From Aquificaceae bacterium (GTDB lineage: Bacteria > Aquificota > Aquificia > Aquificales > Aquificaceae): 64,000 nt of DNA. Both the position numbers and the translations under genes were made by a program. How positions within the stretch are numbered: position 1 is the stretch's first letter; every line of letters starts with the position of its first letter. The stretch lies in NCBI GenBank assembly GCA_041640635.1, contig JBEPZX010000008.1, forward strand, positions 8,470 to 72,469, written 5' to 3'. Below the pieces are notes generated by a model. That model saw only the letters and a list, made by a program, of their open reading frames with translations, was not told the origin of the DNA and made no database searches. Below are positions 1 to 10,004 of the stretch, piece by piece.

Positions 1-341
1 ATATCCTTATATCTAAAGTCGGATGCAACAGTTACGTTGCCTATGTTGAAACTCTCACAAAAGCGCTTCTGGGCAAAGGGCAAGTCCATAGACACTACAG
101 TTACATCCACATTTTGCATATTTGCCATAAGTTCGTTAAATTTCTTTGTTTCTGTTTCACAGACAGGTGTGTCCAAAGAGGGAACGGTTACAATAACTTG
201 AACCACATTTTTTGCCCCACCAACTCTTTTTTCTTGCAGATCCTTTGTAACCACAGTTACTTGTGGAGCGTCATCACCTACATTTACAGAATTGCCTATT
301 AAAATCACTGGATTTCCCTTTAAGTTTACAGTTTCTGCCAT
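1..341 (-). CDS. tpx: Thiol peroxidase (atypical 2-Cys peroxiredoxin), 3' end outside window
   Basis: Not in the ORF track. Manual translation from ATG at 341 gives MAETVNLKGNPV...VPSLDTPVCETETKKFNE...SMDLPFAQKRFC; AGGAGGT SD upstream. Confidence 0.93.
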   Translation of the reverse strand, partial: MAETVNLKGNPVILIGNSVNVGDDAPQVTVVTKDLQEKRVGGAKNVVQVIVTVPSLDTPVCETETKKFNELMANMQNVDVTVVSMDLPFAQKRFCESFNIGNVTVASDFRYKD

Positions 342-411
342 TGCTTCTACCTCCTTTTTAGTTTTATTTGAATTTTAAAAGCTCTTAACATAGAAAACAA
401 TGTGACAAACC

Positions 412-816
412 TCAAGAACCAATAAAATCCATCAGTATCTTGGAGTGATCAAATACGAGCTTTTCAAAGGGAATTTCTTCTATTGGAAAAACAAATACAC
501 CTTTTGCATCGTCTCCAGCTTTTGGAACACCAAAGGTGTCCAATACGTAGACTATAGAAACTACGTGAAAACGTGGATCTCTACCTGACTCAGAGTAGAC
601 TCCAAAAAGCCTTTTAATACTACAATCTAAATTGGTTTCTTCCTTTACCTCTCTCAAAACGGCATCTTCTACAGTCTCACCTACTTCTACAAATCCACCC
701 GGAAGTGCAAAACCCAACGGTTCGTTTCTTCTTTCTATGAGCACTATTCCTTTTAGTTTACCGTTCTCCCACACTCGTACTATACCATCTACCGCCAAAA
801 GTGGACATTTTGGCAT
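412..816 (-). CDS. Nudix hydrolase (Ap4A/ADP-ribose pyrophosphatase-like)
   Basis: Nudix box GGFVEVGETVEDAVLREVKEETNL, plus RDPR and FDH motifs; AGGAGGTG SD. Confidence 0.9.
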   Translation of the reverse strand: MPKCPLLAVDGIVRVWENGKLKGIVLIERRNEPLGFALPGGFVEVGETVEDAVLREVKEETNLDCSIKRLFGVYSESGRDPRFHVVSIVYVLDTFGVPKAGDDAKGVFVFPIEEIPFEKLVFDHSKILMDFIGS

Positions 817-1888
817 GTTTTATCACCTCCTGAGCCACACCTATCATAACTATAGACATAAATAAATTGGAGAAACCGTAACTTATAAAAGGTAGAGCAA
901 TCCCTTTTGGTGGTATTACATTAGTTACCATAGCAACATTCCATAGAAAAGCTAGAGAAAAGTTCATACCTATTCCAAAAAGTACCAATTTACCGAATAA
1001 ATCGTTAGATTTGATAGCCCAATAAAAAAGCTTTGCAATTAACATCGAATATAAAGCAAAAACAAACATTAGTCCTACAAAGCCTATTTCTTCACCTATG
1101 GTTGATATAATGAAGTCTGTATCTGCTTGAGGGAGATATCCTATCTTCTGTATACCTTTACCTATCCCCTTACCCAGTAAACCACCATCAGCTAAGCCGT
1201 ATAAAGACTGAATTATCTGATAACCTGTGTACTCAGCATCTCTAAAGGGATCCTGCCAAGCACTAAACCTACTCTGCACATAGGTTCTCTGCCCAAAGAG
1301 AATATATGTCCCGAATAACATAAACACAGCAGATATAGGGAGTATAATCTTAAAAGGCAAACCACCAACAAAAAGAATACTACCCGCTAAAACTAAGATA
1401 AATATTGCCGCTCCTCTATCTGGTTGTAGAAAGATGAGAAACACATTTACGATTACCAAGAAAGCAGACCAGAATATGTACTTGTAATTTTTTAAGTCAC
1501 CTTTGGAAAATATGTAGTAAGATAGAAAAAGTATAACTGAAAGCTTAGTAAATTCCATAGGTTGTATACTGGAACCTATTAACCATCGATCCACACTTTT
1601 GCCTGTAGCGTACTTTTTTATTAAGACTAATAACAGGAGTAAAGTAGAAATTACAATGACACTATAGGAGAAAGTCTTGGTTTTAAATCTTCTGTAGCCT
1701 ATCCTGGGTATTACAAAAAATGCTACTAGGTAACCCAGAAAAAAACTTAAAAATTGAAATAAGGGCCTTTGGTATAGTTTAGGATCTTGTGGCGATTCCC
1801 AAAGATAAGGTACAGTATTTACACTAAATATAGCAGTCTCACCTATGAGAAAAAGTAGAAAAACTAATAAATAAATACTTCTATCCAT
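758..1888 (-). CDS. ftsW: SEDS family peptidoglycan polymerase FtsW/RodA
   Basis: Multi-TM protein with RW..G.SIQPMEF, QPD.G, GYQIIQS, TDFI..GEEIG and LPFISYG motifs. Confidence 0.88.
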   Translation of the reverse strand: MDRSIYLLVFLLFLIGETAIFSVNTVPYLWESPQDPKLYQRPLFQFLSFFLGYLVAFFVIPRIGYRRFKTKTFSYSVIVISTLLLLLVLIKKYATGKSVDRWLIGSSIQPMEFTKLSVILFLSYYIFSKGDLKNYKYIFWSAFLVIVNVFLIFLQPDRGAAIFILVLAGSILFVGGLPFKIILPISAVFMLFGTYILFGQRTYVQSRFSAWQDPFRDAEYTGYQIIQSLYGLADGGLLGKGIGKGIQKIGYLPQADTDFIISTIGEEIGFVGLMFVFALYSMLIAKLFYWAIKSNDLFGKLVLFGIGMNFSLAFLWNVAMVTNVIPPKGIALPFISYGFSNLFMSIVMIGVAQEVIKHAKMSTFGGRWYSTSVGER

Positions 1889-2087
1889 GCTTAAGTTTTT
1901 TTATCAGTCTATTATTACAATTGTAAAATATAGCAAATACTTTTTGCTGGTGTATTTAAAAGAATAAGATCTTTAAATTAATCAACATCTTATAAACATA
2001 AATTTCCACATACCATTATTTTGCAAGTCAGAATGATGCTTTATAATTATAGTATTGATAGTATTAGAAAGTCATGGATGGTGAAAA

Positions 2088-2663
2088 ATGAGTGGGAGGC
2101 ACCTTAGTATGACAGATGTTAAAGAGCTTATAAAAAGCCTAATATCTGAAGTAAGAACCATAGAGAACTTGCTAGAGGAAACCATGAAACCTTTAGAAGA
2201 AACTAGCAATATACTACCTGGAGCAAGTGGAAGTTTAGAAGATGTTATAAAGTATACAGAGCAAGCTGTACATCAAATTATGGACCTCTTAGAACAAACG
2301 AGCCAAAATTGCCAAACTATATCAGAAAATTTGAATTACCTTATAAACTTAAACCCCACTTCATCTATATTGAAAAGACTAGAACTTATAAAAGAGAAGA
2401 ATGATGATAATTTATCAAAAATTTTGAATATTATGAGTCTCATGTCCTTTCAAGACATATCCAGTCAACAAATAAGAAAAGTAATACAAGTTATAGAAGA
2501 TGTAAAGAAAACTATACTCAAGATGATAATTTCTTCCGTAGACAAAACAGTATCTAGCCAGGAAGAAAAACAGAAGATTGTAAGTAAAGCTACTGAAATG
2601 CTTACAGGTGACAGAATATTCCAAGAAGATGTCGATGCTTTGCTTAAAGAATTAGGTTTGTAG
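2088..2663 (+). CDS. cheZ: CheY-P phosphatase CheZ
   Basis: Catalytic FQDISSQ (DxxxQ) and C-terminal CheY-binding peptide QEDVDALLKELGL. Confidence 0.9.
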   Translation: MSGRHLSMTDVKELIKSLISEVRTIENLLEETMKPLEETSNILPGASGSLEDVIKYTEQAVHQIMDLLEQTSQNCQTISENLNYLINLNPTSSILKRLELIKEKNDDNLSKILNIMSLMSFQDISSQQIRKVIQVIEDVKKTILKMIISSVDKTVSSQEEKQKIVSKATEMLTGDRIFQEDVDALLKELGL

Positions 2664-2673
2664 GAGGTTATTT

Positions 2674-3069
2674 ATGGGCATGCCACCGACCAATATAAAA
2701 ATCCTTACAGTTGATGACATGAGCACAATGAGAAAAATTATAAGAACTATATTAAGCCAGCTTGGTTATAACAATGTAGAGGAGGCAGGGGATGGTAAGG
2801 AAGCTTTATTCAAACTTAAAGCAACAAAGTTCGATCTAGTACTTCTAGACTGGAACATGCCCCAAATGGATGGAATTACATTATTAAAAGAGATTAGAAA
2901 TGATCCACAGCTTAAAGATGTTCCTGTAATAATGGTGACTGCGGAAGCCAAAAAAGAAAATGTTTTGGCAGCCATTCAAGCAGGTGCAAACAATTACATA
3001 GTGAAACCTTTTACACCTGAAGTGCTAAAAGAAAAAATAGAAAAAGTTTGGACAAGTTTAGGTAAATAA
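2674..3069 (+). CDS. cheY: Chemotaxis response regulator CheY
   Basis: VDD, LDWNMP, MVTAE and YIVKPFT motifs; AGGAGGT SD. Confidence 0.95.
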   Translation: MGMPPTNIKILTVDDMSTMRKIIRTILSQLGYNNVEEAGDGKEALFKLKATKFDLVLLDWNMPQMDGITLLKEIRNDPQLKDVPVIMVTAEAKKENVLAAIQAGANNYIVKPFTPEVLKEKIEKVWTSLGK

Positions 3070-3085
3070 AAACGGAGGTGTAGAC

Positions 3086-3358
3086 ATGCAAAAGGAGGAG
3101 GTAATAGCAGAATTGCAAAAAGAGCTAGAAAAACTTAAAGAAGTTTCCAATGTGTTAGACAGATCAGCTAAGCAGACTAATCTATTAGCTCTTAATGCTG
3201 TGATAGAAGCCGCTCGTGTCGGAGAGATGGGTAAAGGATTTTCAGTTGTAGCTGCAGAGTTTAGAAAAATTGCAGACAGGTCTAATAAGATAGCCAATGA
3301 TGTCAAATCAATAGTTGCAAACGTAGAAAGTTCACTAAAAGCGTTAATGGAGGATTAA
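3086..3358 (+). CDS. 90-aa protein consisting only of the MCP signalling hairpin tip
   Basis: [42 protein letters not shown] upstream; no sensor, TM or HAMP domain. Confidence 0.8.
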   Translation: MQKEEVIAELQKELEKLKEVSNVLDRSAKQTNLLALNAVIEAARVGEMGKGFSVVAAEFRKIADRSNKIANDVKSIVANVESSLKALMED

Positions 3359-3359
3359 C

Positions 3360-4307
3360 ATGAGTTCTTATTCCATACCAGAAATTCTACAAACGGGGTC
3401 GAATGAGCTTGAAGTAGTCAATTTTAGAATATACGAAGACAGACCGGACGGACTTTACGAGTGGATACTTGGAGTGAATGTTGCTAAAGTTAGAGAGGTT
3501 TTGAGAACTCCTACAATAACTCGTGTTCCCAACATGCCTCCTGCTGTTGAGGGCATGACAGAAGTTAGGGGCGAACTTATGCCTGTAGTTAGTCTTGCCA
3601 AATGGATGGGTATAGATGAACCTCCAGAAAGAAAAAAGTATATGCTGCATTTTGAATTTTTAAGGGAACATGTTGGAGTTATAGTACACAATGCCAAGCG
3701 TATTATGCGTATATCTTGGGCAGACATAAAAAAACCGCCTGAATCCATGAATGTAAAGTTAGGTGGTAGGATAATTGGTGTAGTTGATACCGAAGAAGGT
3801 ATGCTTTTAATACTAGATTTCGAAGGTATTCTGAACGATATGGGACTCTTAAAAATATTTGGTCTTGAAGAAGCAAAGGAAATGGCTAAGCATGAAACAA
3901 AACACTATACCATACTAGTTGCTGAAGATTCTTCCGTTGCACGTAAAATAATAACAGATATTCTCGAGAGTGCAGGGCATAAAGTCTTAGCTTACGAAAA
4001 TGGTAAAGAAGCTTGGGAAAAACTCAACCAAATGCTACAGCAAGCTCAAAGTGAAGGAAAGAATATTAAAGATTATATACAAGTAGTTTTTACAGATATA
4101 GAGATGCCACAAATGGATGGTCTTACTCTAACTAGACTCATAAAAAACTCTCCTGGTCTCATGCACTTGCCCGTTATAATTAACACAACTCTGTCGGATG
4201 AGGCAAACAAGCAAAAGGCATCCACTGTCGGTGCAGATGCTTTTCTTGTAAAATTTGACGCAAAGGAAATGTTAGCACTTGTAGATAAGATAGGGGGGAG
4301 ATCATGA
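3360..4307 (+). CDS. cheV: Chemotaxis coupling protein CheV (CheW + receiver domain)
   Basis: N-terminal NELE..F..GVNVAKVREV CheW domain; C-terminal REC domain with AEDS and TDIEMPQMDG. Confidence 0.93.
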   Translation: MSSYSIPEILQTGSNELEVVNFRIYEDRPDGLYEWILGVNVAKVREVLRTPTITRVPNMPPAVEGMTEVRGELMPVVSLAKWMGIDEPPERKKYMLHFEFLREHVGVIVHNAKRIMRISWADIKKPPESMNVKLGGRIIGVVDTEEGMLLILDFEGILNDMGLLKIFGLEEAKEMAKHETKHYTILVAEDSSVARKIITDILESAGHKVLAYENGKEAWEKLNQMLQQAQSEGKNIKDYIQVVFTDIEMPQMDGLTLTRLIKNSPGLMHLPVIINTTLSDEANKQKASTVGADAFLVKFDAKEMLALVDKIGGRS

Positions 4308-6265
4308 TACCAGAAGAAATGAGAGAGATATTTGAAGAATTTGTGGTTGAGGCAAAAGAGCATCTTGATAACCTTGAGCAAAGACTTATAGAGATGGAGA
4401 AAGGAGCAACAGATGAAAACACCTTGAATGCTGCATTTAGAAGTATGCACACAATTAAAGGCGGTGCGGGATTTCTAGGTTTAACACCTATAGTAGAGGT
4501 TGCTCACGCTGCTGAAGATCTGCTAGGACTTCTCAGAAGTGGTAATATCTCTTTTTCTTCAGAGATAAATGATGTTTTACTTAGAGCGGTGGATTATATA
4601 AGGTTCGCCATAGACCAAATATCTTTAGGTAATGAAGTAGAAATTGATGAAAATCTCATTTCGGACATTAAATTAGCTGCAAGCTCTAAACCTAAAGGCA
4701 GTGAACCTCCTAAGGAAAAAACACTAGAAGAACTCCTAGATGAACATGGATTTTCACATCTTAAAGGGAAACCTATAGAAGATATCCTAGAAGAGCTTGT
4801 TTTATTACCACCTGACAAAAGACCTATGGATATAGTAAAGGCTATAGAGGAACTTATAGAAACAACAAAGGTAGAAAGTAGATCATTGGACATAGAACAG
4901 GATGTTGAAGAAGAAGCCAACGAAATGATGATAAAGTATGCACAGATAGGTATCTTGGGAGAGGAAGCAGAAAAGGCAGTTGAAGAAGAGAAAAAAGAGG
5001 AAAGTTATACTCCCATACAAGAAACAAAACAACAGCAAGTAGTATCAAAACATAAGAAAGAAACAAAGGAAGAAGAAGGAGAAAAGGTGCTTCGTATCGA
5101 TGTTTCCAAGATAGAAACTTTGATGAACCTTGTAGGTGAACTAGTTTTGGAAAGAAATAGATTGCTAAGATCTGTAGAAACACTTTCTCAAGAACAATCT
5201 TCAAAAGTCATAGAAGAGTTAGGCTCTATAGTGTCATCGCTAGATCGTATAGTCGGTGATTTACAAATAGCTGTAATGAAAACCCGTATGCAGCCAGTCA
5301 AAAAACTTTTTCAAAAATTTCCAAGAGTCGTTAGGGACCTTTCTAGAATGTTAAACAAAGAGGCAGAGTTAATAATAGAAGGGGAAGATACCGAAATGGA
5401 TAAAAGCTTAATGGAAAAGTTAGAAGATCCATTGATACATCTTTTAAGAAATGCCATAGACCACGGTATAGAAAACCCAGATGAAAGAGAACGGCTAGGT
5501 AAAAAACGAGTAGCCCAAATAAAACTGAGAGCTTACTACCAAGGCGATAGGGTGTTTATCTCTGTAGAAGATGATGGAAGAGGTATAGATGTAGAAAAAG
5601 TAAAGAGAAAAGCTCTAGAAAAAGGATTGGTAAGTCAGGAGTCTTTAGATAAAATGACACAGAAAGAAATTTTCTCTCTCATATTCAATCCTGGTTTTTC
5701 TACAGCAGATACAGTATCCGAAGTATCAGGCAGAGGTGTAGGAATGGATGTGGTAATGACCACAGTTACCTCCTTCCGAGGTTCCATAGATATATGGAGT
5801 GAAAAAAACAAGGGAACGCGTGTAACTATGAGCTTCCCACTCACCATAGGTATAATCAAGTCCTTAATAGTAAGGCTTAGCAATAGACTCTTTGCAATAC
5901 CCATATACTCGGTAGTAGAGATAGTTAGCGGAGACGAAGCCCAAATGGTTAACCTTTCTGGAGAGCAAGCATTGGCACTAAGGGGAATGACAATACCATT
6001 AATTAATCTAGGAGAGGTTCTAGGCGTTCCACAAGAAAGAGTAGGTTATGTAGTAGTCTGTATGTTGGCAAACAGAAAAGTGGCTATCACTGTAGAGGAC
6101 ATGATAGGAGATGAAGAAATTGTTATAAAGCCTTTAGGTAGAGTGTTTGGAGATGTAAATGGTATATCTGGAGCTACAATAACAGGAGATGGAAGCATAG
6201 TTCTAATTTTAGATCCTGTAGGTCTCTTGAAAGTGATATCCAATGAAATAAGCGTAGAAGTATAG
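4304..6265 (+). CDS. cheA: Chemotaxis histidine kinase CheA
   Basis: HPt FRSMHTIKGGAG, HATPase_c HLLRNAIDHG/DDGRG/SGRGVGMD, C-terminal CheW domain. Confidence 0.96.
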   Translation: MIPEEMREIFEEFVVEAKEHLDNLEQRLIEMEKGATDENTLNAAFRSMHTIKGGAGFLGLTPIVEVAHAAEDLLGLLRSGNISFSSEINDVLLRAVDYIRFAIDQISLGNEVEIDENLISDIKLAASSKPKGSEPPKEKTLEELLDEHGFSHLKGKPIEDILEELVLLPPDKRPMDIVKAIEELIETTKVESRSLDIEQDVEEEANEMMIKYAQIGILGEEAEKAVEEEKKEESYTPIQETKQQQVVSKHKKETKEEEGEKVLRIDVSKIETLMNLVGELVLERNRLLRSVETLSQEQSSKVIEELGSIVSSLDRIVGDLQIAVMKTRMQPVKKLFQKFPRVVRDLSRMLNKEAELIIEGEDTEMDKSLMEKLEDPLIHLLRNAIDHGIENPDERERLGKKRVAQIKLRAYYQGDRVFISVEDDGRGIDVEKVKRKALEKGLVSQESLDKMTQKEIFSLIFNPGFSTADTVSEVSGRGVGMDVVMTTVTSFRGSIDIWSEKNKGTRVTMSFPLTIGIIKSLIVRLSNRLFAIPIYSVVEIVSGDEAQMVNLSGEQALALRGMTIPLINLGEVLGVPQERVGYVVVCMLANRKVAITVEDMIGDEEIVIKPLGRVFGDVNGISGATITGDGSIVLILDPVGLLKVISNEISVEV

Positions 6266-6276
6266 GAGGGGCAAAA

Positions 6277-6744
6277 ATGGCAGATATAGTAATAGCACAG
6301 ACGCAAACAGTAAAAGGTATGGAAAAAATAAGAAAATATCTGGAATTCCTGGGATTAACTCTTGAGGATGATTTATTTGGAATTCCATTAAAGGAAGTCA
6401 GGGAAATACATAAATATTTAGACATAGTTCCCGTGCCTTTTTCTTCTCCTAATATAAAAGGTATAATTAATGTAAGAGGCGAAATAATCCCTGTACTAGA
6501 TATAAAGCGAATGCTAAGACTTAGAGAAACAAAAGAGAGCCAAAGAATTGTAATAGTTGATACAAAGTTAGGCAAAATAGGTATATTGGCGGATATGATA
6601 AACGGTGTTATACGAGTAGAGGAAGACAAAATAGAACCCAACCCTATGGTAGGAAAATATAGTGTGTTTGTAAGAAATGTGGCACAAATTGAGGATAAGC
6701 TCTTGGGTATAATTGATATCGATAAGGTGTTAGAAAAGGTATGA
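6277..6744 (+). CDS. cheW: Chemotaxis adaptor CheW
   Basis: FGIPLKEVREI, VP..KGIINVRGEIIPVLD motifs. Confidence 0.93.
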   Translation: MADIVIAQTQTVKGMEKIRKYLEFLGLTLEDDLFGIPLKEVREIHKYLDIVPVPFSSPNIKGIINVRGEIIPVLDIKRMLRLRETKESQRIVIVDTKLGKIGILADMINGVIRVEEDKIEPNPMVGKYSVFVRNVAQIEDKLLGIIDIDKVLEKV

Positions 6745-7268
6745 AAACCTTTTACTATAGCGTATTTGACTACTTTTACGAAAAGCGGTTATCCTTATTC
6801 CAGTCTATGTTTTATACGCTTTACGATAAATATGGGAAAAATGGTAATACAGAAGCATTTATAAGTGAGTGGTTTGATAGCTACACTTTGAGTAAACTCC
6901 TAAGGTATTTCCCATTAAGTGATCTAATCCATTATTATTCCATATACATTAAACATAAGAGGAAAGTTATCAGATCCTACATTTGGACCTATTGGGCATT
7001 TTGCCAAGCACCACAGAAATATACACAGAAGATAAAGGAGTCAATGAAGTTTTTCAACTTGGAAGATATAGATGAATTTCAAATAAAACGAAGGTATAGG
7101 CAACTAGTCAAAAGGTATCATCCAGATGTATGTAAGGATCGTGAGTTAGCACACAAACAAATGCTTTTGATAAACTATCATTATCAAGTTCTTACATCTT
7201 ATGTAGAATCTTTGAAAAAACGCACTGGGAGGTTAGGAAATGTTTTGGAAAAAGAACAACAAAAATAG
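6741..7268 (+). CDS. C-terminal J-domain (DnaJ class C) protein with unknown aromatic-rich N-terminal domain
   Basis: [15 protein letters not shown]...[15 protein letters not shown] overlap with the cheW stop. Confidence 0.8.
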   Translation: MKTFYYSVFDYFYEKRLSLFQSMFYTLYDKYGKNGNTEAFISEWFDSYTLSKLLRYFPLSDLIHYYSIYIKHKRKVIRSYIWTYWAFCQAPQKYTQKIKESMKFFNLEDIDEFQIKRRYRQLVKRYHPDVCKDRELAHKQMLLINYHYQVLTSYVESLKKRTGRLGNVLEKEQQK

Positions 7269-8523
7269 CGTAAACTTAAAAGATAGCAGTGCAATTGTTG
7301 ATGTTTTAAGGAAATTCTCAAAAGGAGATCTATCCTTAAGACTAGAAGGGGAAATCTCCAATACTATAGTGGGTGAAGAGATAAACAATCTTCTAGATAC
7401 TTTCCAAGCTTTCGTAGAGACTGTCTTGAGTATTTCCCAGGATCCAAATGCGTATACTGAAGAAATGCCTGGTGAATGGGGAAGTATTTTGGGAAAGATT
7501 AGACAAAATATGCAACGTATGTGTGTAGATAAGGAAGATTTATATGAATCCAAAACTCTCCTACGGCTTGATAAACTAAATCAAGAGAACTTACCAAGGA
7601 AACTTCGAGATATACAATCAAGCATGGTAAAAGCTTTTGAAGAAGCTAAGAGCGTTATTCAACACGCGCAAGATAATATAAAATCAGCGGAGGAGTCATC
7701 TTCTATGGTTTCCGAAGTTGTAAATACACTAGACTTGACCAAGAGAGACATGGAAGATATGGAAGTTTCAGCAAAGAAGATAGAAGAATCAAGTAAATTT
7801 ATAAACAAAGCTTTAGATTTGATAATGGATATAACAGAACAGACTAATTTGCTAGCACTCAACGCAGCGATAGAAGCCGCTAGAGCTGGCGAGCTTGGTA
7901 GAGGATTTGCCGTTGTTGCAGATGAAGTAAGGAAACTCGCAGAAAGAGCCAGATCTGCAGCAGAAGAAATAGCTCAAACAGTAAATGAATTCCAAAAGTA
8001 CACAGGGCAAATGATAAAGCAGTTTTCAACATTAGAGAATCGTATATATAATGTATCGCAAAAAACAAAGGATTTTCATATAGTATTTAAAAATCTCGAA
8101 AATGGAACAAGATTGATGATGGATAAGGTGAGCTATAGTAAAGATCTTGTATTCAGCAATCTAATAAAAATAGACCATCTTCTATACATAAGTAATGCTT
8201 ATTTGAGTATAAGCAAGAAAGGTAACGCAGAAGAAGTCAAATTCGTAGATGTGGATCACCATAGTTGCAGACTGGGTAAGTGTTACTACGAAGGTGAGTG
8301 TAAAGTGCTGTTTGGACACACCAAAGCTTACAAACAATTGGAGCATCCACACAGCTTAGTACATGAAGGAGCAAGAAGAGCTGTCCATATTGCCAAAGGA
8401 GACTGGAAGGATGAGAATATTAGGGAAGACATAGTCAAGAATATGGAAGAATCCGAAAAAGCATCCCATCAAGTCATGGATCTATTGAGCGCTATGGTAG
8501 AAGAAAAACATGGAAAAGCTTGA
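7240..8523 (+). CDS. Soluble methyl-accepting chemotaxis protein with C-terminal CZB zinc-binding domain (TlpD-like)
   Basis: MCP tip [37 protein letters not shown] motifs [17 protein letters not shown]; no TM segment. Confidence 0.9.
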   Translation: MFWKKNNKNSVNLKDSSAIVDVLRKFSKGDLSLRLEGEISNTIVGEEINNLLDTFQAFVETVLSISQDPNAYTEEMPGEWGSILGKIRQNMQRMCVDKEDLYESKTLLRLDKLNQENLPRKLRDIQSSMVKAFEEAKSVIQHAQDNIKSAEESSSMVSEVVNTLDLTKRDMEDMEVSAKKIEESSKFINKALDLIMDITEQTNLLALNAAIEAARAGELGRGFAVVADEVRKLAERARSAAEEIAQTVNEFQKYTGQMIKQFSTLENRIYNVSQKTKDFHIVFKNLENGTRLMMDKVSYSKDLVFSNLIKIDHLLYISNAYLSISKKGNAEEVKFVDVDHHSCRLGKCYYEGECKVLFGHTKAYKQLEHPHSLVHEGARRAVHIAKGDWKDENIREDIVKNMEESEKASHQVMDLLSAMVEEKHGKA

Positions 8524-9496
8524 TATACACGTACTTGGATCTGATCAACGTATAGTTAGGTGCGCAAGAGTCTCTTTTGGGAAAGATGAACATCTAGATA
8601 TCCAAAGAGACAAAAAACTTATAAAGTATTTGTTAGATAACAAACATATGTCCCCTTTTGAGCATGTAATAATTGCTTTTAAGGCAGACAAGAAAAATTG
8701 GCTAGATTTAGTAAGTTTTTCTGCCGATAATCCCACGCTTCAGATCTACTATGGTAACAACTATGTATGGCTAAACTTAAGAAACTTAATGAACTTATTG
8801 AGATTTAACAACCTCCCTCTGATAATGAAGGATGTTTTAGAATACGTGAAAAACAGACTTCCAACTACCTTTGCCGTGCTGGAAGGCAAAGATATAGACA
8901 AAGCCCAATATACATTGGATGAGAGTTACTTAGAAGAGAAAATAGAAACACCAGCTGGTTGGGTTGGACTGGTTAGTAAATTGGAGCTTGGCACATTAAT
9001 GGATCACTACACCTTTGTCGTAGAGTGTCCCATATTCGTAGCACGCCAATGGCACAGGCATCGCTTTGGGTCTTATAACGAAGTCTCCAGACGTTATGTG
9101 TCTTACGAACCAACTTTCTATATACCCGAATATATACGAAAACAATCTAAAAGTAATAAGCAAGCTTCGTTAGAAGAAGCCATAGAAGAATCGGGACATC
9201 TTATTGAAAGAATTAAAAACCTTGTGTCTCAGTCGTTGAGCCTATATAAAGATATAATCTCAAAAGATGGAGCAAGAGAAATAGCCAGGGGTGTATTGCC
9301 ACAGTTTATGAAGACACGATTCTATTGGACTGTTCCAAGAGTAAGCTTAGATAATTTCTTGAGTTTGAGAACACACCAGCACGCTCAAAAAGAAATAAGG
9401 GAGATGGCATTTGCCATAAAAGAGATGGTAGGCTACAAGGGGACGGACAGAGGAGTATGCACAAAAGGGGAACTTCCATTGCAGAACTACTATTAG
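8510..9496 (+). CDS. thyX: FAD-dependent thymidylate synthase
   Basis: [28 protein letters not shown]...HAQKEIR motifs. Confidence 0.93.
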   Translation: MEKLDIHVLGSDQRIVRCARVSFGKDEHLDIQRDKKLIKYLLDNKHMSPFEHVIIAFKADKKNWLDLVSFSADNPTLQIYYGNNYVWLNLRNLMNLLRFNNLPLIMKDVLEYVKNRLPTTFAVLEGKDIDKAQYTLDESYLEEKIETPAGWVGLVSKLELGTLMDHYTFVVECPIFVARQWHRHRFGSYNEVSRRYVSYEPTFYIPEYIRKQSKSNKQASLEEAIEESGHLIERIKNLVSQSLSLYKDIISKDGAREIARGVLPQFMKTRFYWTVPRVSLDNFLSLRTHQHAQKEIREMAFAIKEMVGYKGTDRGVCTKGELPLQNYY

Positions 9497-9990
9497 CATT
9501 GGTAATTATAGCTTTGCTTGGAGCCATATCTTACAAGAAACTCTCCGATCTAGCTATGGAATATAGATTACGATCAGCTGTGGATAAAGTGCAAAGCGAT
9601 ATAATCCAAATGAAAACTTACTCGATTATGAAAGAAAATCTTTGGGGCATTAGATTAGAACCTGGTAGGAGCTGCTACGTAATCTTCGAAGACAGAGATA
9701 GAAACTGTAGGTTAGGAAACGGAAGCGTTGGAGATCAGAACTGTATATATAACAATGTTCAAGTGTATCCAAACTGTCACGATCCAACGATAGATTGTAT
9801 TCTTATAGTTAAGTTGCCAAATGGAATACAAAGCAGTCTAGATAGGAGCATTGTGTTTGACAAAAAAGGATATCCAAGAAATGCTATATGTGGGCTAGGT
9901 ATGAACACTGTTAGATTGGTAAATCTTAGGGGGAGAAAAGGAGATGTAATAGTAGATAGGTATGGAAGAATAAGAATTGTGTATCAATAA
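9457..9990 (+). CDS. Prepilin-type minor pilin (FimT/GspH-like)
   Basis: Class III signal [21 protein letters not shown] with E5; Cys-rich body; C-terminal GRIRI strand. Confidence 0.75.
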   Translation: MHKRGTSIAELLLALVIIALLGAISYKKLSDLAMEYRLRSAVDKVQSDIIQMKTYSIMKENLWGIRLEPGRSCYVIFEDRDRNCRLGNGSVGDQNCIYNNVQVYPNCHDPTIDCILIVKLPNGIQSSLDRSIVFDKKGYPRNAICGLGMNTVRLVNLRGRKGDVIVDRYGRIRIVYQ

Positions 9991-10004
9991 TCTTATTAAA
10001 AGAG

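Noticed and set aside
114..302. 62-aa plus-strand ORF and the many other 60-170 aa ORFs nested in larger genes
   Set aside because: These are shadow ORFs antisense or out of frame to well-supported genes (here tpx), with no motifs or SD support.
1889..2087. Sigma28 or sigma54 promoter for the che operon
   Set aside because: No GCCGATAA or TGGCAC-N5-TTGC match; only a TATAAT at 2042 with a poorly spaced TTGCAA.
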